64,000 nucleotides of DNA from Antedon mediterranea. Its lineage: Eukaryota > Animalia > Echinodermata. The notes beneath the pieces were generated by a model. The model saw only the letters and a program-made list of their open reading frames with translations, was not told the DNA's origin and ran no database searches. Position numbers and translations under genes: made by a program. Below, one piece after another: positions 1 through 11,950 of this stretch (within the stretch, counting starts at the first letter, position 1; each line of letters starts with the position of its first letter). The DNA lies in contig NC_092678.1 of the NCBI RefSeq assembly GCF_964355755.1, positions 7,704,422 to 7,768,421 on the forward strand, read 5' to 3'.

Positions 1-755
1 GGGCGTAGATGCAAAAAAGTTCGCGGAACTGGGGTGGCAAATGATAGAGTAGGTGAAGGGTGATCGATTCATACCAAAATATTTTGAAAAAAATTAAGTA
101 GGTCAAGTGTTATAACGTTCGTAAAAGCCAGTTACTTATTCGCCGTAGAGGGCGAAGATGCAAAAAAGTTCCCGAAACTGGGGTGGCAAATGGTAAAGTA
201 GGTCAAGGGTGATCGATCCATACCAAAATATTTTGAAAAAATTAAGTAGGTCAAGTGTTATAACGTTCGTAAAGCCAGTTACTTATTCGCCGTAGAGGGC
301 GTAGACGCAAAAAAGTTCGCGGAACTGAAGTGGCAAATGGTAGAGTAGGTCAAGGGTGACCGATTCATACCAAAATATTTTGAAAAAATTAAGCAGGTCA
401 AGTGTTATAACGTTCGTAAAGCCAGTTACTTATTCGCCGTAGAGGGCGTAGATGCAAAAAAGTTTGTGGAACTGGGGTGGAAAATGGTAAAGTAGGTCAA
501 GGGTGATCGATCCATACCAAAACATTTTGAAACAATTAAGTAGGTCAAGTGTTATAACATTCGTAAAAGCCAGTTACTTATTCGCCGTAGAGGGCGTAGA
601 TGCAAAAAAGTTCGCGGAACTGGGGTGGCAAATGATAGAGTAGGTCAAGGGTGATCAATCCATACCAAAATATTTTGAAAAAATTAAGTAGGTCAAGTGT
701 TATAACGTTCGTAAAAGCCAGTTACTTATTCGCCGTAGAGGGCGTAAATGCATAA
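1..755. repeat. ~148-bp tandem satellite, 5 full units, runs off the left edge
   Basis: Unit GGGCGTAGATGCAAAAAAGTT...TTCGCCGTAGA starts at 1, 150, 297, 444, 592 and 740 with few substitutions. The array is followed by a TE-like terminus ...CTGTCCCTTTAA (~876-887). Confidence 0.95.
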
Positions 756-1192
756 AATGTTATTAAACTTTGACCGGAAGAAGTAGAGGAGGTCAAGGCT
801 AACATGTTGGTGCAATAACAACTCAATTAGACAGTTATTACGTATTAAAATCTGTTTTTAAAAAAATATTTGTGACTGTCCCTTTAATTGAATTTGAATA
901 AGGAACTAGGAACTAGTAACCAACTTCACAGACATGGATATTTTCTGAATTTGTGTTGGGATAGGTTTAGATTAGGTTTCAGGTTTAGTCCAGGAGAGAT
1001 GAGAATGTAACGTATAGAAAATACATAATTTGATTGAAAATTTTCATCTGGTTTGTAGTAATAAGTTATTAGAAATGTTATTTTTTCCAAACCAAAAATT
1101 AGTATATAAACTAACCTTGACAATGTATGACCCTGTCATAATACAGAATTGGCCCTCTAGAGGTCAATCTGTTTAGTGATAGATCGTCATTA

Positions 1193-1234
1193 CTTCTGAA
1201 GAAGCTGTCCGATCAGGACAGCGAAACTGTCAAG
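1193..1234 (+). ncRNA. Minimal type I hammerhead ribozyme in a Penelope-like terminal-repeat remnant
   Basis: CTT-CTGAAGA-A-GCTGTCC(gatca)GGACAGC-GAAA-CTG-TC-AAG gives the core boxes, a 7-bp stem II and stem I CTT/AAG. The flanks 1070-1122 and 1229-1290 form an inverted repeat, as in inverted Penelope ends. Confidence 0.75.
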
Positions 1235-1539
1235 GTTAGTTTATATATTTATATACTAATTTTTGGTTTGGAAAAAAAAAATTTCTAATAGAAAATACCT
1301 AGCAATCTAAATCATTCTGCAGCATATAAATATATAGTCTGTCAAAAATGAAGTTATATATTATGGCTTGCATTTCAAACTTTCACTTCAAATTGTTTAG
1401 AAGGTGTGTCCTAGAATTGTGAATAATGTACCATACCTTCGTATCCATATGGTGTATAAACTTGAATATCGCTAATGCTGTACACCATACCTAAGTCAAC
1501 ATACCAGTAAGGGTTCTGGTTTCCTGAAACTTAAGAATA

Positions 1540-1819
1540 TTAAAGATGTATTGTCCTCCAAAAGCAGGAAAAATTATGATTAAAATCAGACTTAAGCGAT
1601 TTTGCAGTTTTAATAAAGTTAATCACTTCCCTAGAAAAAAAGTTTCACTTATAAAAGACTTTTTTTTTTCAATTCAACCAAAAACCCATCAGGCTGGCAG
1701 TCAATCTATCTATCTAAGTTTTTTTCAGGTAAATAACTTTTGTTTTATCCAAATTTTTGTCAAAGTGAATAACTATAATGTGACTTTAAAATGGCAAACC
1801 AAGGGACAATATATCTTAA
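1540..1819. mobile_element. ~300-bp TTAA-flanked MITE family, copy 1
   Basis: Termini TTAAAGATGTATTGTCC...GGACAATATATCTTAA. The internal GGCTGGCAG motif is shared with copies at 4379, 9041 and 24301 and partial copies at ~20787, ~28620-28740 and ~48355. Confidence 0.8.
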
Positions 1820-2116
1820 AAGTATTACATTTTTTTTCAATTCCAGTTTTTGGAAGAAAAAAAACACCCATATTTCTGCCTATTTCCTTTAATATCAATA
1901 GGTAAAAAAATAATCTTATGTTAAACTTTAAAGTTGAAGCTTCATAGATTTAGTAAAACAATATTTGATTTGATTTATTCAACTTTTGCACAACAAAAAT
2001 TACAAAGTAAACAAAATGGCAATAATTGTAAAAAGCAAACTTAATCAGATTCAGCCACTGATACCCACAGCATTGTCATTTTTTCAGTAATTTGCATTTG
2101 GATTTAAATATAATTT

Positions 2117-2493
2117 AAGATAAGATAAGATAAGATAACTTTTATTGATCCTCAAAATCAATCGTCATAATAACAAAGAAAACACTATAAAAACAAATAT
2201 AGCATAAAACCATTCATATAAAAACATCTAAAAAATTACGATATAAAATTATCTTCTTGACTTCCTGTTGTACTGGATGATACCGGAGGGAATAAAGGAT
2301 TTAGCAAATCGATTTGTTTTCACACTGAGGAGCCTCAATCTACCACTTGGATTAAGTTGGTCTATGATCACTTTGTGGAGAGGATCCCATGAGAGGCATC
2401 CGACTCAATGCGTTCGAAATCTTTCTGGAGGTTTCTAGGTGCACATCGGTAAAGGAAGGCAGTTCCAGACCAATCATTTTACCAGCCCGACGG
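2117..2493 (-). mobile_element. 5'-truncated LINE 3' end (same family as 50805-51601)
   Basis: Near-identical reverse complement of 51228-51601, including the (TTATC)n tail. Confidence 0.85.
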
Positions 2494-2839
2494 GCTAATA
2501 TATTAATATTATACTGTATATATTAATATTTAATATAAATAAGTGAAAATAGTGTTGACAAAAGATTCAAATTCTTAACAATTTCCAATATCAAAACATC
2601 ATTTGGTGGTTTAAAATATAGTCTAAAGAACACATTTAGTGGAAACCATGGTGTAACAAAAACTATTGTTAACATCCTCTACCACTCTTTCTATACTGAG
2701 TGACCTCTTCATCACATGGACAGCTCCCACATGTATTGCCAGCAATCCAAGTCTTACTTCTTTGAATACAAATCTCTTACTCCTGACTTAGGAAGGAAAA
2801 GATTACATTTATAGTTAATAACATAAGTACTTTACTTAC

Positions 2840-2986
2840 CAACCGTACGGGCACATTGACCAGAGTTAAAATCTCTATCAATGTCACCATTAACAGCTAA
2901 ACTAGCATCATATGAAGTACCACCAGAGGAATAAGTTGTACTCTGGTAAGCAGGTTTTCCAGTTGACAATGTAGATTTTATAGAGA
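2840..2986 (-). CDS. Gene B exon 3: N-terminal part of an F-type lectin (fucolectin/FTP) domain
   Basis: atgtag| acceptor and |gtaagt donor, 147 nt, phase 1-1. VSIKSTLSTGKPAYQSTTYSSGGTSYDASLAVNGDIDRDFNSGQCARTV fits the FTP pattern GKPAxQSS...AxxAVDG...CxHT. Confidence 0.8.
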
Positions 2987-3310
2987 CTACATAAAAATTA
3001 ATAATGCAATACATTACATTTAACAATCTCACTGCCCTCTGTTTGAAAACTGTGCAATGATGCTCAATCAATAAGAGAAGTAAAAGAAATATAGGCAGAA
3101 CAAAAACCAAACTAACTTTATACTACAAAAAATGTGATGTGCCCATATATGGATACGATGACATATCATTACCATGTTTGGGCAAATCACACCTTTTTTG
3201 TCAAACTAGTTTGATAGTGTATATTAATTAAGTTCATATAAACAAATAAAAATTGTAAAAAATAAAAAATCATCAATTTCTATCATTGAACAATTGTGAT
3301 CATACTGTAC

Positions 3311-3427
3311 CTTGATACTGGCATCTGTCCCCTCCAAATCCCTGTACGCAGGAACAGTTGTATGTGTTTTCATCATAAACAAGGTAACATGATCCATGAT
3401 TTAGACAAGGATTGAGTGAACATGGAT
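3311..3427 (-). CDS. Gene B exon 2: EGF-like domain
   Basis: ag|...|gt, 117 nt, phase 1-1. NPCSLNPCLNHGSCYLVYDENTYNCSCVQGFGGDRCQYQ has the 6-Cys EGF spacing. Confidence 0.9.
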
Positions 3428-3924
3428 CTAGTAATAATATGAGAGAAAAAACATTATAACTCATTCCAGGCAATGCTGTCTGCCCATATATCCACAAATA
3501 TTATACAGTACAAGACAAACGTAGTGACACTCTATTATTTTACGATACAAATAATTAAAGATTAATGGTACGCATATACATTTGCTAGTAACTGCTATAA
3601 CTTGGAATAAGAGGGATTATGGTAATAGTAAAGACTTGGTACAAAAACAATATCTAATTGTTAACTTGATATACCGGTTTAGGTTCATAAGGCCTTCATT
3701 TCTAGGTCTACTATCTGTATGTGTATAATCCCATGCTCAAGTATAATAACACCCCCTGATTTAGGCTAAAGCAGGATATAAACATTTGGTAAATTCCATA
3801 CATGTTAGCAATCTCACTATTAAAATCCTTCCTCAATTTTTCCAAACTACATACCTAGGCCCCTTGGGACTATTAGGTCATATACGGTTTTAAAAGTGAT
3901 ATTGAAGGGAACTGCTATACTCAC

Positions 3925-4009
3925 TTGGGTTATCTGTTATTTGGAATGAACATATAAAGCATTGCAACAGGAACAAGATCATAAAACATACAAATATTCC
4001 ATCAAACAT
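3925..4009 (-). CDS. Gene B exon 1: signal peptide
   Basis: ATG at 4009, MFDGIFVCFMILFLLQCFICSFQITDNP, donor |gtgagt, 85 nt, phase 1. Homologous to, and the same length as, 53217-53301. Confidence 0.8.
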
Positions 4010-4378
4010 GATGCGCCGTTTTCTTTCTTTCAATAACTTTAAAATAAATTTGTGATCAGTTTCCTGAATAGTAGCGCCCTTGTCAATTAACCACCAACAT
4101 TTCCTATTGCCTTTGTATTACCTTCATATTATAGGTATACAAGCACTATTTATATGTTAACAACTTCCGTATTAGTGTCTGTATTTACATATAAAAAACA
4201 TGGTTGTAAAATACAACCTATCTGGCCAAGTTGTAAACAATACAAGTGTTCCTGAGTTATGTACTGTATTGTAGTGAGGCTTACAATGAAAAGACCGGGT
4301 TCAAATATTCATTAGTTGGCAGTACAGTTATATATCAGATAGACATAAAACATATTGTATTAACACTTTCACTTTACT

Positions 4379-4698
4379 AAGATGTATTGTCCCCAAAAAC
4401 ATGAAGATAAATTAAATCAAACTTTTAATATGTTATTTTGTAGTTTTAATCAAGTTAACCACTTCCGTAGAAAAATCAACGGAAAAAAATAATGTTTTCA
4501 CAAATAAATGGTTAAATTCAACCAAAAATCTATTGGCTGGCAGCCACTTTGACCATTTTCTGCTTTAAATTACAGATTTTTCAGGCAAAAACATTTTGTT
4601 TCGATCCAATTTTTGTGGATAACTATTATGTTACATTAAAATGGCATACTCAACAAAAATGTTAAGAAATATTTGTTCAGGGGACAATATATCTTTAA
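4379..4698. mobile_element. TTAA-type MITE, copy 2
   Basis: AAGATGTATTGTCCCC...GGGACAATATATCTTTAA termini. Confidence 0.75.
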
Positions 4699-5489
4699 AT
4701 CAATCAAAAATTTATAAAAACAAAGACATTTCAACAAAATGATGTTTTATTGTAAAACTACTGTGAGCATAAAAGCAATTTGAACTCTCACCTTTATATT
4801 TATCATAGGCTACTCAATGGTAATTGGTGCAATCATAAAAAGTAAAAACAATAAGAAAAAAAGCTAAAGTGCATGTGCTTCACTAAAACAAAAAAGGTGG
4901 AGGTAGATAGTTTAAAAAAAAACTTCAAAACAAACAAATATATAAAATAAAACAAAAATTCCAAAAAAGCTTAATCTAATACACTTTACCAAATTTATCA
5001 AAAAAATAATTTTTGCATTTGAGAATCCTATGTTTAAAAAAGCATATGATAACAATTTTTAAATATTCACCATCTAATTCCTTGGAAACATTTGTTGATA
5101 CTGCAAGTTTATTTAAACAGAATTCAACTGCATACGCTAGTATAAAGTAACGTTTGGGGGTTTCTCTATTTAAAAAAAAAAATTGTTGGTATGGCCTCAT
5201 TGACTTGTGATTAGGTATCTGTAGCGGGGAAAAATGTTATCAAGTAAATACAAGTTTTTACCATGGATGGTAAATCAAGATAGTCACAAATTATCTAATT
5301 ATACGAATACCTGAATTATGATGAATGATTAAATCATGAAGAACCATTATAAAATTGATGAAGGATAAGAACCACAATAGATGATAATTATCAGTGATAA
5401 GAGTCATGTTAAAAAATAATCATGTGAATATAATACTAATGATAGGTATTGCAACAATAATGATAAATGATAATTGTGATAACATTCAT

Positions 5490-7560
5490 AGATGTTAATT
5501 ATAATAATAACAATCTTAATAGATAATATTTATAATAACAATCTCGGTAGATGGTACTTATAATAAAAATCTTGATAGATGGTAATAATGATAGCAATCT
5601 TGATAGATGGTACCATGGAGAAATAAGTTAGGATAACTTATTTCTTCATGATGGTACTTATAATAACAATATTGACATCATAATGATAACAATCTTGATA
5701 GATGGTAATAATGATAACAATCTTGATAGACGGTAATAATGATAACAATCTTGATAGATGGTAATAATGATAACAATCTTGATAGATGGTAATAATGATA
5801 ACAATCTTGATAGATGGTAATAATGATAACAATCTTGATAGATGGTAATAATGATAACAATCTTGATAGATGGTAATAATGATAACAATCTTGATAGATG
5901 GTAATAATGACAACAATCCTAATAGTTGGTAATAATAACAATATTGATAGATGGTAATAATGATAACAATCTTGATAGATGGTAATTATAATAATAGTCT
6001 TGATAGATGGAAATAATGATAACAATCTTGGATGGTAATAATGATAACAATCTTGACATAATAATGATAACAATCTTGATAGATGGTAATAATGATAACA
6101 ATCTTGATAGATGATAATTATAACAACAATCTTGATAGATAGTAATTATAATAACAATCTTGATAGATGATAATTATAACAACAATCTTGATAGATAGTA
6201 ATTATAATAATAATCTTGATAGATGGTAATAATGATAACAATCTTGATAGATGGTAATAATGAAAACAATCTTGACATAATAATGATAACAATCTTGATA
6301 GATGGCAATAATGTTAACAGTCTTGACAGATGGTAATAATGATAACAATCTTGATAGATGGTAATAATGATAACAATCTTGAAAGATGGTAATAATGATA
6401 ACAATCTTGATAGATGGTAATAATGATAACAATCTTGATAGATGATAATTATAACAACAATCTTGATAGATGGATATAATGATAAAAATCTTAATAGTTA
6501 AGGTTAATGGTTAAATTCGGGATTCCGAACAATAAATGATATCATTATTAATAATGAACTAATAACATACCAAGAGTTGTTTCCCAAGTTGATTCATAAA
6601 GAAAATGGTTTCATAGAATATTTCTCAATTATCAATGCTATACCAAATAAATGGAAACAAATAGTAACATCATCAATTGTTGAAAATGTAAATGATAAAT
6701 ATGTAGATATAAGTTTATTTTATAAGAAAAACAAATCTTCAATATTTTATAGACACATTGTTAATAACAAAGCATCCATTCCAATATCTCAAGCAAAGTG
6801 GGAATTTGAATTAGGTGTTGAGTTAAATTGGCATAAAATATGGTTTAATCTTGATAGATGGTAATTATGATAACAATTTTGATAGATGGCAATTATAATG
6901 ACAAAAATCTTGATAGATAGTAATATAATAATGATAACAATCTTGATAGATAGTGATAATGACAACAATCTTGATAGATGGTAATAATGATAACAATCTT
7001 GATAGATGGTAATTATAATTACAACAGTCTTGATAGATGTGATAATGCTAACAGTCTTGATAGATGGTAATTATAATTACAACAGTCTTGATAGATGTGA
7101 TAATGATAACAGTCTTGATAGATGGTAATTATGATACCAATTTTGATAGATGGCAATTATAATGACAAAAATCTTGATAGATAGTAATATAATAATGATA
7201 ACAATCTGATAGATAGTAATAATGATAACAATCTTGATAGATGGTAATAATGATAACAATCTTGATAGATAGTAATAATGATACCAATCCTGATAGATGG
7301 TAATAATAACAATATTGATAGATGGTAATAATGATAACAAATCCTGATAGATGGCAATAATGATAAAAATCTTGATAGATGGTAATGATGATAACAATAT
7401 TGATAGATGGTAATAATGATAACAATGTTGATAGATGGTAATAATTATAACAATCCTGATAGATAGTAATTATAATTATAATCTTGATAGATGGTAACTA
7501 TTATTAATCATGATAGATGATAATTATAATGATAACAATCTTTATAGATGGTAATTATAA
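5490..7560. repeat. 28-bp minisatellite (GATAGATGGTAATAATGATAACAATCTT)n, interrupted at ~6500-6845
   Basis: Dozens of head-to-tail copies, pure in 5680-5900 and degenerate at the edges. It explains the repetitive minus-strand ORFs in the track. Confidence 0.95.
6500..6848 (+). mobile_element. L1/Tx1-like LINE ORF2 C-terminal fragment inserted in the minisatellite
   Basis: FIEYFSIINAIPNKWK...PISQAKWEFELGVELNWHKIW resembles the post-RT region of Tx1/L1 ORF2. Confidence 0.55.
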
Positions 7561-7641
7561 CAAAAATTAATAATAAATCTTGTAAAATTCAAATGTGCAT
7601 GATCAAGAAAATGAAACAACAGAAAAATTCACTAAAATATT

Positions 7642-7685
7642 TCAATCTACAACTTCATAAAGTCCAGTTTCTTCCTCATAATCAC
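7642..7685 (-). CDS. Gene A exon 12 (terminal): cytoplasmic tail GDYEEETGLYEVVD*
   Basis: Acceptor tttttttaaag|, phase 1 matching the upstream exon, TGA at 7644-7642. Confidence 0.6.
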
Positions 7686-7819
7686 CTTTAAAAAAAATAG
7701 AAAAAATAATTTTAGATAATAATGTAATTCCTAATTGATTAAAAATTCTATGACACCACATGTTTGATTGTTAATATTGAATGAATATGATTGGTTTATT
7801 AATTAATTGTCCATCTCAC

Positions 7820-7847
7820 CAGTCTTGACACCTATTACATTGTAACC
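7820..7847 (-). CDS. Gene A exon 11: 28-nt cytoplasmic microexon GYNVIGVKT
   Basis: tgtttatctgcag| acceptor and |gtgaga donor. Phase 0->1 fits both neighbours. Confidence 0.55.
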
Positions 7848-9040
7848 CTGCAGATAAACAAATAACAGTATTTCTGAGTGTGTGTAATTTTTTTTTGTAT
7901 CTGCTATGGATTTGTTTTAAAAGAAAAAAAAATAAATAGTGAAAAATATTTTTCCCAAATGAGACTACTGTTAATTGTTTGCGCCATTTTGCTTAGTGGC
8001 TTTTATTTAAATTCAACCAAGTTTCTTACCGGTATCCGGTGCCTGTGGTACTGCAGCATAGATAATGCCAGTGGGTGTAATGTAGCTTTGAAATCCACGT
8101 GGTATGGTAACTATGTCATAAGTAGTGGAATTAAGTTTCTTTCGGTTCTCCCAATAAAAAAACCTATAATAAAATACAGTGTCTTTTATTATATAAAAAA
8201 AATAATAAAAGATTGAGAAAGGAAAAACATATTTTTAACAAAAATTTATTTCAGGCAAAATATCTGGCCATAATTAATATTTTTTTTTAGCTTTATCTAG
8301 TCCAGCGTTCCGCAAACTGAACTAAAATTATCGTTCCGGGACTGACCTGCGGCCCAACTACCCAGTTGTACCGACTAAATGAAGGTAATGAAAGACCGTT
8401 ACACCTCAGCTCCAACCGTGGTGGGGCTGAGGCAAGAAAATTTAAGGAATATGATGGACCCCACGTCCCGGGAAATGACATTGTCAGTTTGTCTTTGAAG
8501 GGTAAAAATTGTGTCGATGATCCGGAAAAAATCAGCTCAGCCTCGGGGTTTTCCTTTTTTAACGCACACATGCCAGTCTTTTACATTACATTGCAATGAT
8601 CAAAACTTTAGCCACACATATGGAGCGGAGGTATAAAACACAGGACATTTTTTGGAGGGTAACAAACCGTACATCAAACATTTTCAGCAACATCAAGATG
8701 TTAGAATGAAGGCGCTTACGATGGTTAATTATCAGGATTTTTTTCACAATTTCTTATAAAGCCACCCCCCAGCCCTTCAAAAATGTTTCGTCGATCTAGT
8801 CCACTACCAATTATGCAGTTAAGTATACACATACAAACCCAAGCAAGAAAAACAACCACAGCCTGAACTGATAATGCACTAAAGTGTTTTCATTAGTTGT
8901 TCATTCTAGCTCTCTGTTTTCTCTACATAGTGGTTGTTGCTGCTCACTATCCATGTTTACAAATGTTAGTTACAGTTAAGATGAAGAAGTGCCACACCTA
9001 AAAGAAATATGCTATAGCAACCAGCAATATAGTTGTGATA

Positions 9041-9339
9041 TTAAAGATGTATTGTTCCCCTGAAAAAATAGTTCTTAACAAAATTATTTTTTGAATATGC
9101 CATTTTAATGTAACATAATAGTTATTCACTTTGACCAAAATTGGATCGAAAAAAATGTATTTACCTGAAAAAACTGTAATTTAAAGCAAAAAATGGCCAA
9201 ATGGGCTGCCAGCCAGTGGGTTTTTGGTTGAATTTAAAAAAAACTAAAAAAAAAAAAAAAAAACTACAAAATAATATATTCAAAGTCTAATTTAATTAAT
9301 CTTCATTATTCATGATTTTGGGGGACAATACATCTTTAA
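9041..9339. mobile_element. TTAA-type MITE, copy 3
   Basis: TTAAAGATGTATTGTTCCCC...GGGGACAATACATCTTTAA. Confidence 0.8.
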
Positions 9340-9397
9340 AATTAGAAGTAAAGTATTTGTAATAATTGGTATTTTGGCTGGTATATTAGAGAATTAC

Positions 9398-9491
9398 CAT
9401 CACCTCTATCCTATTAGCTTGTATGTGTGCAACACATCCACCACCTGCATATTTATTATTTATGTCATCAAATTTAATTCCTACAACCTGT
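9398..9491 (-). CDS. Gene A exon 10: juxtamembrane cytoplasmic exon
   Basis: ttttctttgtgcacag| acceptor and |gtaatt donor, 94 nt, phase 2->0. Reads (R)QVVGIKFDDINNKYAGGGCVAHIQANRIEVM. Confidence 0.55.
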
Positions 9492-9515
9492 CTGTGCACA
9501 AAGAAAATGTATGAA

Positions 9516-11777
9516 CAGGCCCGTAGCCAGGGGGGGTTTTTATGGTTCGGGCGAACCCCCCTTTACAGCGAACCCCCCTTAACCAACTGCGAACCCCCAT
9601 CCCCGACATGCCCAATACCTCACCCTCATCTCCAAAAATCCTCCAAATACGTGCCCCACAGTACAAAAAGTTGTTTGTAAATTGAAAAATTCGTAAACTT
9701 GTTCGTGAACCTTCTTCTCTGTATGAGCGTCAACTAGTGATACGTGTCTGTAAATTTCTAAAAGCTGCAAATGAATTGCCGATTTTAACCTGAAAAATAA
9801 ATGTTTGGTCCCTGCATGTAACATGATATTGACGCGTCTCATAGCGAGCTGGCGCACGAACGATTCGTACAAAGGACACCGCCAGACAACTGCGTACCTA
9901 TTGTTTAGATCACTGGCAGTCAGGCAGCATGCATAAAGTATATAGCCTTCCGACGTACATCAGTATTTATGTGTGAATTTGAAGTATAATGTATCATAGA
10001 GGATTATAGTGAATATTAATATTTTACACTATAATATCTATGGTATCAAGTACTGTAGTTCACATTATGGCATCCGATTATTTTTTTCTAGACCACCAGC
10101 CGATACGTAGGCCTACTAAAATGTATCAATATCAGTGGCGTATCCAGGATTTTGAAGTTGGGGGGGGGGGGGGGCGGGAATTGCCAATTTGCCGACAAAA
10201 TTGGTGTCATTATCTGTACATACTTTTTCTCTGATCAATATATGTTCTAGGATTACATAGTCATATTGTCTTATATGGGATAACGATGCAAAATTAAAAC
10301 CAAACCAACATTATCTGTTAGTATGTTGTATTCATATTACAATAAAGAAAGAATTAGAAAAATCGTTTTTAGCCACGTACGAAAGAAGTACGGTAAAACA
10401 ATTTGCGGCCTCAGTCGACAATTCTATTAACTACGCCATTTTTTGTTAAAATAATTACATATAATTACGTTTTTTAGTAATTTATTTTATATATCACCAT
10501 TGGAAATATCAATAAAACATGTTATTAAATGCTTATAAAATATATAAAGTCGTTTACTTAACGGAATTCGGACAAATTCATTGCTCTAACTTTGTGTAGT
10601 AACGATCAGAGAGATTCATGGTACACGCGCGAGAGAAAACATTCCGCTGCGGATGATTCGCATCCACCAATCAAATCAGCTAGAATCCTAAATCATTCAA
10701 CCGTGAGCAATGCCAATCGCGAGAAAGCTCAGCTTTGATTGGCTTACGATGACATCATATCACAAAATGGTGGTTTTGTAGTTGAGCCTCACGGAATATT
10801 CTGTTCCAAAAATGAAATACATGGATATTTTTATGGTATATGTGCTTTTTCTTTAAAGATTTTGAATAATAAAGGCCTCATATCGAGAAAAAAAATCGGG
10901 TTTTTGGCACTTATAATAAATATATCTTAGACAAAAAAGCACATGGCATGTGGAACTATATAATCTCTTAGCGTAGGAAGACATACAAATCTCAGGTCAT
11001 GAGAGGCTCAACTGCATGCAAAAACAAGGTTTTAGGGTAAGGTCAAAGACTTTTGAGTAAACAATCTACCGCGTACGGCCGTATGTACGTGCTACACATT
11101 TTTAACGTGTTTCGTTTGATGTAATGAAAATAAAAAATAGTTGATCTGAATGGATCAATGATGATACGATATGTAGGCTAAAACAAACACTCAAAAGAAT
11201 TATGTTTACAGTTCAATTATTGTCAGAATAAATAGTTTATTTTTTTCCCCGGCACCTTTGTTTGCCGACGGCCGCGATGATGTGCCGACGGAAACGAAAT
11301 CAGGGCCCCCCCCCCCTACTGGATACGCCACTGATCAATATCACCTATTTACATATTTATATTCCTCAACAAATTGCTGTAAATAAATATTATAGATAGA
11401 GCTAGCAAATAGTATTTGCCTTCACCCAGTGTGCTTTTTTCGGGGCTGCTCCTAGATATACGTTCGCATTGAACTTGAACGCAAAACCAAATACGGAGTA
11501 AATGATCAAACAATCGGCGGTTCCGCACAGAGCACCATCTAACATACGGCAACAAATAGTTATCGTCATTTAAATTATCGACGTGTTTGAGGAGGAGGAA
11601 AAAGTACGATCTTTTTGCTCATTGGTTATATAGAATGCTGCACGAGAGTGTCTTTTCCGGCCATCTAGGGGTGTCATTTAACAAAATTCGCATCGCATCA
11701 GGCTGGGGGGGGGGGGGGGTTTGACCCAAATATTTAGTGTCCGAACCCCCCCTTGACAGATCCTGGCTACGGCCCTG
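9516..11777. mobile_element. Non-autonomous TIR DNA transposon with 5-bp TSD (hAT5-like)
   Basis: TIRs CAGGCCCGTAGCCAGG / CCTGGCTACGGCCCTG, flanked by ATGAA on both sides (9511-9515, 11778-11782). Confidence 0.8.
10133..11333. mobile_element. hAT-type MITE nested in 9516-11777
   Basis: TIRs CAGTGGCGTATCCAG / CTGGATACGCCACTG with an 8-bp TSD ATCAATAT (10125-10132, 11334-11341). Confidence 0.88.
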
Positions 11778-11865
11778 ATGAATTAACTTCTGTTTTACAT
11801 ATTGTAGCTAAAGTTAGTTAAGGCAATTGGATGCTTTTTGGCAAAATTTATTGACAAAACAACAC

Positions 11866-11950
11866 CTGAACAATGCTGTAGACATCACCAAAATGATGAA
11901 AGCACAAATTATTATAAGCACTATCAGATAAACAGGTACAGATGAATTAC
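11866..11950 (-). CDS. Gene A exon 9: transmembrane helix
   Basis: ttttttaag| acceptor, phase 1. GNSSVPVYLIVLIIICAFIILVMSTALFR contains ~22 hydrophobic residues. The donor CAG|gtgttg is weak; read-through gives a short tail ending at a TAA near 11815. Confidence 0.7.

Noticed and set aside
2626-2787. Continuation of the F-type lectin domain
   Set aside because: The open frames show none of the expected WWxVDL / RxDCC motifs.
5490-7560. 28-bp repeats as a CRISPR array or a repetitive protein
   Set aside because: Units are head-to-tail with no unique spacers, no cas genes are present and the context is eukaryotic. The ORFs in all three minus frames come from the 28-nt period.
8966-8997. Extra gene A exon after the acceptor tttcttttag at 8998
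   Set aside because: All frames stop within 17 codons, and the exon chain is phase-consistent without it. It could be a minor alternative exon but is unsupported.
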